DNA of 53,006 bases. It comes from Gammaproteobacteria bacterium (lineage in GTDB: Bacteria > Pseudomonadota > Gammaproteobacteria > GCA-001735895). The DNA lies in the NCBI GenBank assembly GCA_047639625.1, contig JBLIOG010000003.1, positions 1-53,006 on the forward strand. Direction: 5' to 3'. The notes below the pieces were generated by a model. That model saw only the letters and a program-made list of their open reading frames with translations. It ran no database searches and was not told the DNA's origin. Shown here one piece after another: positions 35,007 to 43,842 of this stretch. Within the stretch, counting starts at the first letter, position 1; each line of letters opens with the position of its first letter. The position numbers and the translations under genes are program-made.

Positions 35007-36152
35007 ATGAGTACCCACATTAGCCTGCATTCTCAACTTTCAGAAATACCCATAGATGACTGGGATAATCTTGGTAGTGCCGATTATCCCTTCACGCGTC
35101 ATGCTTTTTTAAGTGGGCTCGAAAGCAACGATTGCTTGTTGCCTTTCGGCTGGCAACCACTCTACTTCTGTTTATATAGTGATCAACAGTTGCTGGCAGC
35201 CATACCCTGCTATATAAAAAATAATTCCTATGGTGAATTGGTGTTTGATCACGCCTGGGCTAATGCCTATCAACGCAGTGGCCTTCAATATTACCCAAAG
35301 CTGGTGACAGCAATTCCCTATACACCCGCAACCGGTGAGCGTTTTTTAATCAATCGCGAGATCACCAAACCTGATCACATTGTGGAAATGAAAATCCAGC
35401 TATGTCGCGCTATTCAAAATTTCTGTAGCGAGAAAGGGTTTAGTTCCTGGCATTTATTGTTTGAAAATGAATCAGTTATCGATTCGCTATCTGAAGAAAA
35501 CCTTTTAAAACGATGTGACATTCAGTTTCATTGGGAAAATCGGGAATATACCGACTTCGATCATTTCCTTTCAAACTTAAGCAGTCGAAAACGAAAAAAC
35601 ATACGTAAAGAACGATCGCGCACTAAACAGCATAATTTAGACATTAGCATGGAATCAGCCTCTATTTTAACAGAAGGCGACTGGGTTAGAGTTTATGAGC
35701 TATATGCGGGTATATACGATAGAAAGCATGGAACACCCACCTTAACGGCTGACTTTTTTCAGTATCTTGGACACTCAATGGCCGAGCATACTTTGGTTGC
35801 GACTGCACGACAAAACGGCGTTATACAGGCTTGTTCCGTTTTCTTTCGCAGTGCTACCCATTTGTACGGTCGCGTTTGGGGTTGCGATGATTTCTATCGG
35901 GATCTGCATTTCGAGTGTTGTTACTACCTGGGAATCGAATATTGTATCGAAAACCAACTGTCTACTTTTGATCCTGGTGCTCAGGGTGAACATAAATTAA
36001 GTCGAGGGTTTCTGCCAACAAAAACCTGGTCAGGGCATTGGTTTAATCATCCCGAATTTCAATCTGCAGTTAGTAATTTTTTAGATCAGGAAAGACGTCA
36101 TATTGATTTATATCAAAAAGAAATGTTTGAGCATTCTCCGTACCGAAGTTAA
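35007..36152 (+). CDS. FemAB-like (DUF482) GNAT-fold protein
   Basis: SYGELVFDHAWA, YYPKL..AIPYTP, LHFECCYY, GAQGEHKLSRGF. Confidence 0.88.
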   Translation: MSTHISLHSQLSEIPIDDWDNLGSADYPFTRHAFLSGLESNDCLLPFGWQPLYFCLYSDQQLLAAIPCYIKNNSYGELVFDHAWANAYQRSGLQYYPKLVTAIPYTPATGERFLINREITKPDHIVEMKIQLCRAIQNFCSEKGFSSWHLLFENESVIDSLSEENLLKRCDIQFHWENREYTDFDHFLSNLSSRKRKNIRKERSRTKQHNLDISMESASILTEGDWVRVYELYAGIYDRKHGTPTLTADFFQYLGHSMAEHTLVATARQNGVIQACSVFFRSATHLYGRVWGCDDFYRDLHFECCYYLGIEYCIENQLSTFDPGAQGEHKLSRGFLPTKTWSGHWFNHPEFQSAVSNFLDQERRHIDLYQKEMFEHSPYRS

Positions 36153-36201
36153 TCTAAATTATTAGATTATATCCATATAACATTGATATTAAAAAATTTA
36201 T

Positions 36202-36852
36202 ATGAATAAAATATTTTGGTTAGATCCTGAGTTTGAACCTCATTTTCCGGATACGTCAATGGCGCTAAATGAACCTCCGGGATTACTTGCAGCAGGTGGA
36301 GCTTTATCTGTTGACTGGCTTATTTCCGCCTATTCCAAAGGTATTTTCCCCTGGTTTAGTGAAGGCGAACCCATATTATGGTGGTCGCCTGCACCAAGGT
36401 GTATCTTGCTGCCTGAGCAATTTCACCTAAGCCGAAGCCTCGAGAAACTGGATCGACAACAAAAATATTTGATTTCCGAAAGCACCGATTTTGGAGCTGT
36501 GATCAGGTTTTGCGCAAAACAACGGCAAGACTCAGGTACCTGGATAACCTCCGATATGATAAATGCCTATTGTAATCTTCAGAAATCTGGCTTTGCAAAA
36601 TCAATCGAGTGCTGGAACAGCAATAATGAATTGGTAGGAGGACTCTATGGCGTTTCTATGGGTGCCGTTTTTTTTGGCGAGTCGATGTTTAGTCTAGAGC
36701 CAAACACCTCAAAACTTTGCCTTAAAAAACTCATTCAATCAGGTCGATATCACTTAATAGATTGCCAGCAGGAAACCAGTCATTTGAAATCCCTGGGCGC
36801 GAGTAATATTGCGAGGGACGAATTTGAAGCAATGCTTACAGAATGGACTTGA
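36202..36852 (+). CDS. aat: Leucyl/phenylalanyl-tRNA--protein transferase
   Basis: GLLAAGG, GIFPWF, ILWWSP, GGLYGV, FFGESMFS, IDCQ. Confidence 0.95.
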   Translation: MNKIFWLDPEFEPHFPDTSMALNEPPGLLAAGGALSVDWLISAYSKGIFPWFSEGEPILWWSPAPRCILLPEQFHLSRSLEKLDRQQKYLISESTDFGAVIRFCAKQRQDSGTWITSDMINAYCNLQKSGFAKSIECWNSNNELVGGLYGVSMGAVFFGESMFSLEPNTSKLCLKKLIQSGRYHLIDCQQETSHLKSLGASNIARDEFEAMLTEWT

Positions 36853-36929
36853 TTGCCTTACTATTTGATTTTAACTATACCGAATAGAATCATGCCATTG
36901 GTACCTTTAAAACATTCAGGAGTAAATCG

Positions 36930-37463
36930 ATGCCCAGCTTTAATGTAAAAAAATTTGTTACTGAAGTTCGTGAAGCAGCAAATAATCCAGGAGCTTCCCG
37001 AGATATTCGCCAGATTATGTCAAAAACAATGGAGGAACTAGATGCAGTCAATGACGCTTTTTCGTCCTACGGAAATGCAGACAAGGTTTTGTTCGAAGAT
37101 GACGGCATTTCAATTTGGTACTGCGCTTTTGATCCGACAGTTCATGTTCCACCACATGACCATCAAACAACCGCAACGATAGGTGTCATCGGAGGGATTG
37201 AACACAATCACTTTTATCAGAAAACAAGTACTAAATTACAATATAAATCAACCAAAAGCCTCAGTGCCGGCGATGTCATTGCGATTGGTCCGGACGGTAT
37301 TCATTCGGTTGAAACCGAAGGCAATCAACATAGCTATGCAATCCATATTTATCAGGCACCACTCACAACTATTAAAAGATCTTTATTTGAATGGGAAACA
37401 GGAGCTGCCTGTCCATTTAATGATGACAACTACGCGCTTATGGTGAGATCAAGTACAACTTAG
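36930..37463 (+). CDS. Cysteine/thiol dioxygenase-like cupin
   Basis: PPHDH...GIHSV three-His site; SYAIHIY outer-sphere motif; AGGAG RBS. Confidence 0.78.
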   Translation: MPSFNVKKFVTEVREAANNPGASRDIRQIMSKTMEELDAVNDAFSSYGNADKVLFEDDGISIWYCAFDPTVHVPPHDHQTTATIGVIGGIEHNHFYQKTSTKLQYKSTKSLSAGDVIAIGPDGIHSVETEGNQHSYAIHIYQAPLTTIKRSLFEWETGAACPFNDDNYALMVRSSTT

Positions 37464-37472
37464 AGTAGACAC

Positions 37473-37502
37473 AAAAAAGGGCTTACATTGCTGTAAGCCC
37501 TT
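37473..37502 (-). terminator. Intrinsic terminator of the tRNA operon (possibly bidirectional)
   Basis: Minus strand AAGGGCTTACA-GCAA-TGTAAGCCC followed by TTTTTT. Confidence 0.88.
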
Positions 37503-37521
37503 GATTTTGTTCGAATCTGGG

Positions 37522-37598
37522 TGGCGTCCCCAAGGGGATTCGAACCCCTGTTACCGCCGTGAAAGGGCGGTGTCCTAGGCCGACTAGACGATGGGGAC
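37522..37598 (-). tRNA. tRNA-Glu(UUC)
   Basis: GTCCCCATCGTCTAG...CTTTCAC...GGTTCGAATCC...GGGGACGCCA cloverleaf with encoded CCA. Confidence 0.97.
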
Positions 37599-37620
37599 AC
37601 TATTGTAATACCAGTAAAAC

Positions 37621-37696
37621 TGGTGGAGCCAGGCGGGTTCGAACCGCCGACCTCAACACTGCCAGTGTTGCGCTCTCCCAACTGAGCTATGGCCCC
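37621..37696 (-). tRNA. tRNA-Ala(GGC)
   Basis: GGGGCCATAGCTCAG...CTGGCAG...GGTTCGAACCC...GGCTCCACCA; G3-U70 pair. Confidence 0.97.
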
Positions 37697-37705
37697 CCGG
37701 AGAGT

Positions 37706-37740
37706 GCGCGTACTTTAATCAAGCGTCCTGATAGTGTCAA
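37706..37740 (-). promoter_or_regulatory. Sigma70 stable-RNA promoter of the tRNA operon
   Basis: TTGACA, 17 nt, TAAAGT, then GC-rich discriminator ACGCGC. Confidence 0.8.
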
Positions 37741-37831
37741 GCGTTTACAGCGGAAAATAATGTAATTTTAACGAGTTCAAACACAGCATTAAAAATCAAT
37801 GCTAAACTTTAATTTTTACCCGCAAATAAAT

Positions 37832-38752
37832 ATGAAAAAAGTACTGGTTACCGGTGGTTCAGGATTTATTGGCTCTCATACTGTCGACCTTCTGCTCGCG
37901 CAGGGAACAGCCGTTCGAGTGCTCGATAATTTAACGTCAGGGCATCGAAGTAATTTGCCGACTGAACATCCTTTACTGGAATTTATTGAGGGTGATATAA
38001 CGAATCAAAAAACAGTCGATCAGGCTATGTCTGGTGTTACTCATTGTTTAAACCTGGCAGCTCAAGTCTCTGTAGTTGCTTCACTCGAAGACCCTGAGTT
38101 TTCAGCGAAACAAAACATTATAGGATTTATCAATGTTATCAATGCCGCTCAAAACCATAAAATAGATCGACTGGTCTATGCCTCATCGGCGGCTATTTAC
38201 GGTGAACCCAGTGTCATTCCACTACCTGAAAATGCAACAAAAACTCAATTGTCACCCTATGGCCTCGAAAAACAAATCAATGAGGAATATGCCAACTTAT
38301 ATAAGGATTTATACCAATTATCGTCACTAGGCCAACGTTATTTTAACGTCTACGGCCCTCGCCAGGATCCAAAGTCACCTTATGCTGGGGTAATCGCGTT
38401 ATTTGTTGATCGAATTAAAGAAGCCAAACCTCTAACGGTTTACGGAGATGGCCTGCAAACACGAGATTTTATTTATGCTGGTGACGTTGCCAAGGCCAAT
38501 GTAGCCGCCCTGAACTCTAATGTATCCGGTGCTTGTAACATCGCTACAGGCAATCAAACCACACTTCTGGGTTTAATCGACACTCTTTCCGATTTAACGG
38601 GGAATCGTTGCGTTGTAACTCATGCAGACCCTCGCGAAGGCGATATAAGACATTCGCTGGCAATTACAAAAAAAATGAACGAAGAATTGAAAACCGTCGC
38701 AAAAACAGAACTCAAGAATGGGCTCACGCTTTTAATGGATTCTGACTACTAG
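37832..38752 (+). CDS. NAD-dependent epimerase/dehydratase (UDP-sugar 4-epimerase-like)
   Basis: TGGSGFIG, ASSAAIYG, SPYGLEK, YFNVYGPRQDP, TRDFIY. Confidence 0.92.
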   Translation: MKKVLVTGGSGFIGSHTVDLLLAQGTAVRVLDNLTSGHRSNLPTEHPLLEFIEGDITNQKTVDQAMSGVTHCLNLAAQVSVVASLEDPEFSAKQNIIGFINVINAAQNHKIDRLVYASSAAIYGEPSVIPLPENATKTQLSPYGLEKQINEEYANLYKDLYQLSSLGQRYFNVYGPRQDPKSPYAGVIALFVDRIKEAKPLTVYGDGLQTRDFIYAGDVAKANVAALNSNVSGACNIATGNQTTLLGLIDTLSDLTGNRCVVTHADPREGDIRHSLAITKKMNEELKTVAKTELKNGLTLLMDSDY

Positions 38753-38753
38753 T

Positions 38754-41700
38754 TTATTGCTGATACACTTGCTGGATGTAAATGTTAACGGGGTTGCCGT
38801 CATAAATCCAAAAAGTGGACCGTCCGGTAGGATTATCATCAAAGCTTCCATTTGACTCATTCCAGTCATATTGCAGCCAGGGTAATCCTGCACCGGGTAT
38901 CGCACCGATAAGCGCAGTCCCTAAATTGGGGGTTACATCGACATAACCTTCTCCGGTTGGGTTCGGTGCCTGTAAATCTACATCAAGGACACCCAAAATA
39001 GGGCCTGGATCCGTCGCTACAGAGACCACTGTCGCTGCTGTACCCGGCTGAAGTTGATCGTCTATAACTAAATTTCCAGTAATCACCGCACTGTCTTCGT
39101 CCAAATCATTGACAACGAAAAATCCTGAATCATTGATGTATTCAGTGACCATCGGTAAAGTTAAATCCCTTAATTCTGACCCATGTGCATTGCTGATCGT
39201 CATTCGGCCAAATCGAATATCAACCGGGTCAGGCGTCATTACGATGCCGCTGGCCGGTGTTGTTGATGGGATGAGTAGAGTATCAACTGAATCCTGTACA
39301 GTGCTCACAATAAGATCTATATCGGCATCGAATCGACTGGTTTCACTGTTCAGATTTCTATCGTAGAAATATGCGTCATCTCCAAAGGTATATAAAAAAG
39401 AACCTAGCTGCAGAGGGTTGGGATCAAAGCTAAAGTCATCGAAGGTGTAATCAATCGTCAATGCGCTTCCTAGCGTGCCCGTTTTTGTTTGATCGGCTGT
39501 TGGTGCGGTGAAGGTAGTGATGCTATTTTCATCTATATTAGCCCAGCTATTGGTGTAGTTTGTGGTTACAGAAACTCCACCGAGACTTCTTGCTGTTACC
39601 TTAAATTGAGGCAGTCCGCCGGGGTCATAACCGAAGGGTTGGCCGATATAACTAAAGTCGAGAGCACCATTTTGATTGGCTCCGAGAAATGCGCCGTCAT
39701 CGACCACTTCCATTAGAAAATCCGCTGGGTAGAATCGCCCTACCCGGCCACTTTTTGAGATCATTTTGTCCGTTTCAGTGCTATCCAGGGTTAGATAATT
39801 ACCAGTAATGCCAGCAGCAATTTCGATAATGCCAACTTCGAAAAAGGTCACTGTACTGCTGCTGTCTGTTCCATTGGTAAACGCCGATAAGGTCGTTCCC
39901 CCGCCCAGCCCAGGATCCGTTCCGCCGGCAGGTTGTTGAAGGACGGATGAGAGTGTGACTGTTTCACTTTCTTGCCCAAAACTGATCAAAGAATCATTCG
40001 CAAGCGACTGATAAGTAGTGCCACCAAGCGGCACTGCGTTATCAGAAAGATTAACGTTATTGGTCGCATCCGTATCATCATGCCCATCGGCTATTCCGTC
40101 GTCGTCAGTATCATCAGTTTGCTCCCATAAGCTCGCATTCACTGTGACTTCAAAGGGTGTTCCTGCGCTCACATATCCCTCTCCGGCAACACCAGGACCG
40201 GTAGCACCGGGGTTTTCGGTGGCCGTTATATGAAAGCCAAATGGTCGGGATACAAATTGATTGCTATTGTCGGTATAAGTTACGTCATCAACTGTCGCGG
40301 TGGCAGACAAGGATACGGAGCCGCTATCCGGATAGTTAATCATAAATTCTGCTTTATCTTCGGTATTATCACCAAAGTTCAAACTGACAATAGCACCTGA
40401 GTCAGGCACTTCTACGAATGTCGATGGATCGTCATCATCGTCACGAATATATATCGATCTGGCACAAGTAACAGGATTGCTGCAATTTAACGACATAGTT
40501 ACATCGACATCATCTGTTAAGGCAGTTTCACAGTTACCCGTTTCCAGATCAGTGTCATAAGCCTGCAAATATAGACTTTGGGCGGCGTACCCTACATCAG
40601 AAGGTTTTCCCGCTATTTGAACGCCGATCGTTAGTTCATTGTCATCGCTGTCTACAAATCGGAAGCCACTTTGGTTGAAGGTAAGTTCCGGGTAGTCGGA
40701 AGACTCGTTTGCTACTCCACTGGCATGAGTAATTGTGCCATCATTGGCCTCGAGATAAAGAGGTCCAGCGACTGGATTAAACAATGACAATACTACCGAA
40801 CCCGGTGTAGTTTCAGAGCCATCAAATGTATAAGAAGCAATGCCATCAAAATTATTGGAAGGTGTGAAGTTGGAAATATTGCCACCGCTTACGTAATCCC
40901 ATTTGCCATTCTCAGTACTCGTGGTTAGATTGACGGTGCCGATATAACCCGAATCAATGACATGAACCGGCGGGTCGTCAGTATGGGCGGATAAGGTGAT
41001 ATTTGAAGCAATACAATTGATACCCGTACCGCTATGAGAAAATGACAGGTGATCTGTGACTGTGGAAGGTGTGCCGCCACACAAATCGCCAATCTGCACA
41101 TTATTACTATCCTCATAAGTTGATGTCGCGGTACCTTTAATTTCCACCGTGCCTGCAGACGATATCACTCCTGTATGTTGAGCAGAATCTTGCAGTTTAA
41201 TTTCACTGCCAGTGCTATATAACACCGCATTGACTTTGCTATCGTCTTTCATATGCATTTTTTCATAGCTCACAATCGCCAGGTTTTGCGCCACGCCACC
41301 CAGGTTAACCTCTGCAGTGTCTTCAATATCAAAATGATCGGACTGACCATTGACATAAAATGTCACCGCACCATTCATAATAAGTTTGGAATCCCCCTTT
41401 ATTTCTAGCTCATTAAACCAATAGGTCCCGGGGTTAAACGTGGTTACTCCTCCGTCAAATAAAGCGTTTTCAATAATATATTCACTGGCACTGGCCTGAA
41501 ACGTGACATTGTCATTATTGTTTATGGTTAAATTATCGATTTGCGTTGTTGGGTAGGTTCCTGTTGGCCCAATAGTTACGGTGGTATTACTGGGTGCGAT
41601 ATCAGTACTCGACGAGCTTGTAACAAACGTTGGTAAAGTTAATGCGGGTGCGAATGTGCCCGAAACCACGCAATCAGCCGTATTACAAGTATTAGTACCA

Positions 41701-42962
41701 CCACCATCTCCGTCAACACTGGGAAAAGTCAATGTTGCGTCACTATCGCCAATAACTTGCCCCGAGTTGTCAAACTTAATCTCACTGCTTGAGGTATGTC
41801 CTTGAATAGAATCTGGAAAATAGATAGAACAACCACCGAGTGCCTGGATAATCAATTCATCACTGGTGGTATCCGACAGTGAACTACTGCCATCTGACGA
41901 GGTAGCAACCACTTCGTAGGTACCAAAAGAAAGAGGGGTAATGCTACTTAAATCGAGACTCCAGTTATCGCTCGAGTTCGTCAGTTCGCTACTGGTTGAC
42001 AGTGTGTAAATTACCGAATTGACTGTAACTGTAAGGCTGGTCGCAACTGAGCTCGTATAGGTACCAGAAATAATCGGAGTTGTATCGGAGGTCGTTTGAC
42101 TGGTCACTGTTGGGTTGACCATCGAGGATGGGTCGCACATATCCCCAAAGTCGGTGTCATCAATTGAATCGTCGTAAGTAACAGAGCTGTCATCCTTCAG
42201 TTTTAGTTCATCCTCTGACGATATTGCACCCAATACTGTGCTGTTGTCGTCTTTTACTTCTACTTTTCTTTCCGAATATATATAGCCCGCAAAGCTCGCT
42301 GCACTTTCAACTTTTATTTTGTCATCATCTTCAGCAAAAAAATAAACGACTAATTTGGAGGGATCGCCACTTTGTCCGCCGTTAATGACTGACGACTCCT
42401 TAAACTTTGCTTTGTTCTTAATGTATACCCTTACGGTACCAGCGCCTTGAACAATTAATTGGCTGGTACCTTTTATTTCTATTTCTTCTAAAAAGTAATC
42501 ACCTGGAGTCAAATATATAAAAGAATTACTTTCAACGTTTAGTTTTTTAAAATGGTATGAAGAATAAGTAGCCGACATAAACAAACTACCGCCAGACTTC
42601 ACCTTGACATCTTTATAATCATTAGCACTTATAGTTTGAGTAGTACTATCGACCTCTAAATTAGTGTTCGACGAATACCCGATATAACTACTATTTAATT
42701 GAGGAACAATCGTGCCACTGGCACTACAGTTTGCGCTATCACAACTGAGAACACTGCCGTTATTATCTATATTGGTTGTCGCTAAGATGGTGTCGGGGTT
42801 TTGGAGTAATTGAGCCGAGTCTTCAAATTTTATATTGCCACCATTATTGCTGTTGGTTAAGCCATCGGTGAAAGTTGCTCGACATTGAGCCGCCAAAAGA
42901 GCGGACTGCCCAGAGAGGGCGAGTAATATTAGTAAGGCCGTAGATCTGAATATATGGGTCAA
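38754..42962 (-). CDS. Large secreted MshQ-like (DUF6701-type) adhesin or pilus-associated protein
   Basis: Signal peptide; TTG start with AGGA; C-terminal RFGRMTISNAHGSEL and PWLQYDW...NP...TF.IY motifs typical of MshQ-like proteins. Confidence 0.78.
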   Translation of the reverse strand: MTHIFRSTALLILLALSGQSALLAAQCRATFTDGLTNSNNGGNIKFEDSAQLLQNPDTILATTNIDNNGSVLSCDSANCSASGTIVPQLNSSYIGYSSNTNLEVDSTTQTISANDYKDVKVKSGGSLFMSATYSSYHFKKLNVESNSFIYLTPGDYFLEEIEIKGTSQLIVQGAGTVRVYIKNKAKFKESSVINGGQSGDPSKLVVYFFAEDDDKIKVESAASFAGYIYSERKVEVKDDNSTVLGAISSEDELKLKDDSSVTYDDSIDDTDFGDMCDPSSMVNPTVTSQTTSDTTPIISGTYTSSVATSLTVTVNSVIYTLSTSSELTNSSDNWSLDLSSITPLSFGTYEVVATSSDGSSSLSDTTSDELIIQALGGCSIYFPDSIQGHTSSSEIKFDNSGQVIGDSDATLTFPSVDGDGGGTNTCNTADCVVSGTFAPALTLPTFVTSSSSTDIAPSNTTVTIGPTGTYPTTQIDNLTINNNDNVTFQASASEYIIENALFDGGVTTFNPGTYWFNELEIKGDSKLIMNGAVTFYVNGQSDHFDIEDTAEVNLGGVAQNLAIVSYEKMHMKDDSKVNAVLYSTGSEIKLQDSAQHTGVISSAGTVEIKGTATSTYEDSNNVQIGDLCGGTPSTVTDHLSFSHSGTGINCIASNITLSAHTDDPPVHVIDSGYIGTVNLTTSTENGKWDYVSGGNISNFTPSNNFDGIASYTFDGSETTPGSVVLSLFNPVAGPLYLEANDGTITHASGVANESSDYPELTFNQSGFRFVDSDDNELTIGVQIAGKPSDVGYAAQSLYLQAYDTDLETGNCETALTDDVDVTMSLNCSNPVTCARSIYIRDDDDDPSTFVEVPDSGAIVSLNFGDNTEDKAEFMINYPDSGSVSLSATATVDDVTYTDNSNQFVSRPFGFHITATENPGATGPGVAGEGYVSAGTPFEVTVNASLWEQTDDTDDDGIADGHDDTDATNNVNLSDNAVPLGGTTYQSLANDSLISFGQESETVTLSSVLQQPAGGTDPGLGGGTTLSAFTNGTDSSSTVTFFEVGIIEIAAGITGNYLTLDSTETDKMISKSGRVGRFYPADFLMEVVDDGAFLGANQNGALDFSYIGQPFGYDPGGLPQFKVTARSLGGVSVTTNYTNSWANIDENSITTFTAPTADQTKTGTLGSALTIDYTFDDFSFDPNPLQLGSFLYTFGDDAYFYDRNLNSETSRFDADIDLIVSTVQDSVDTLLIPSTTPASGIVMTPDPVDIRFGRMTISNAHGSELRDLTLPMVTEYINDSGFFVVNDLDEDSAVITGNLVIDDQLQPGTAATVVSVATDPGPILGVLDVDLQAPNPTGEGYVDVTPNLGTALIGAIPGAGLPWLQYDWNESNGSFDDNPTGRSTFWIYDGNPVNIYIQQVYQQ
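41076..42884 (-). repeat. Two diverged copies of a ~250-aa Cys-capped module (42132-42884 and 41076-41831) separated by an Ig-like domain
   Basis: CRATFTDG..IKFEDSAQ..CDSANC..PGDYF..GDMCD aligns with CSIYFPDS..IKFDNSGQ..CNTADC..PGTYW..GDLCG. Confidence 0.8.
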
Positions 42963-43048
42963 AATTTCCTACGCTAAGATGCCTGGTACCGGACATCCCT
43001 AAGTATAGGCGAGAGATTCAGTTACGTTTAAAAATAATATCACAATTA

Positions 43049-43074
43049 TTTACTGAAAGTGGCCATTCAGTAAA
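43049..43074. promoter_or_regulatory. Perfect 9-bp inverted repeat (operator-like)
   Basis: TTTACTGAA-N8-TTCAGTAAA, overlapping a TTTACT-16-TAAAAT promoter-like pair. Confidence 0.45.
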
Positions 43075-43107
43075 ATTGAAACAACACACTAATAGACTTG
43101 TCTTTAA

Positions 43108-43337
43108 GCGCCTATCTCTGCTCGACCAATAAACAACGGCTGCCGTTGAGGTCGTCAGTAGTGGGCGTGATTTACCGATTTGGGTAAGCCACGATGTGAA
43201 TATTTCAATAGTGTTCAGGTATTAAGTTTCGACAACCTGCGTACCTTTTGTTACTACCTCGTTTGTGACAGCGTCTCAGCTCAAGTCATCGAAACGATAT
43301 TCAAAGCAATGGCAGAAAGTCCCCGCAATGTCGAGTA
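43108..43337 (+). ncRNA. Candidate structured RNA or 5' leader upstream of the rhodanese gene
   Basis: Several hand-folded stems with plus-strand G-U pairs; locally GC-rich; no family recognised. Confidence 0.4.
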
Positions 43338-43391
43338 TTACGAGTTCTGTTAAACTTCCATTCTTATTGGAAAACACATCTGGAATATTAA

Positions 43392-43820
43392 ATGTCTGAC
43401 TACGAAGTCCAATCAATTGATGCAAAGGAGGCCTGGGAACTGATAAGAAACGAACCTAGAACAGCCTTTATTGATGTTCGTTCTGACATGGAGTATTTGT
43501 TCATTGGGCACCCTGTTGGCAGTGTTAACATTCCCTGGATAGCTGAACCTGACTGGATTATCAACCCAAACTTTGTAAGAGATACCCGGAAATTAATGCT
43601 TGGGGGTATTATAGATTCTGAAGATCATGAAGCCGTCCCGGTTATATTAATTTGCCGAAGTGGTAACCGATCTGATGAAGCAGGAAAATTGCTGATTGGG
43701 AATGGATTTCACCGTGTTTATAACGTTACTTATGGTTTTGAAGGCGAACTAAACGAAATACATCAGAGAAGTACCTTAAATGGATGGCGGTTCGATCTTT
43801 TACCCTGGGAACAATGTTGA
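43392..43820 (+). CDS. Single-domain rhodanese (sulfurtransferase)
   Basis: IDVRS, GHP, active-site loop CRSGNRS, GFEG...GW. Confidence 0.9.
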   Translation: MSDYEVQSIDAKEAWELIRNEPRTAFIDVRSDMEYLFIGHPVGSVNIPWIAEPDWIINPNFVRDTRKLMLGGIIDSEDHEAVPVILICRSGNRSDEAGKLLIGNGFHRVYNVTYGFEGELNEIHQRSTLNGWRFDLLPWEQC

Positions 43821-43842
43821 TTTTATTTTCGTGATATCGGCA

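Noticed and set aside
37460-37765. ORF-track ORFs 37460..37681 and 37559..37765
   Set aside because: They overlap two clear tRNA genes and their promoter and terminator.
36930-42962. tRNA-anchored genomic island
   Set aside because: No integrase, no duplicated tRNA 3' end and no obvious composition shift seen.
43311-43324. RNase P RNA (GAAAGTCC word)
   Set aside because: Lacks the full GAGGAAAGTCC and the 3' pairing partner; region too short.
42963-43391. c-di-GMP riboswitch upstream of the adhesin
   Set aside because: I could not find the class I or class II consensus elements on the minus strand.
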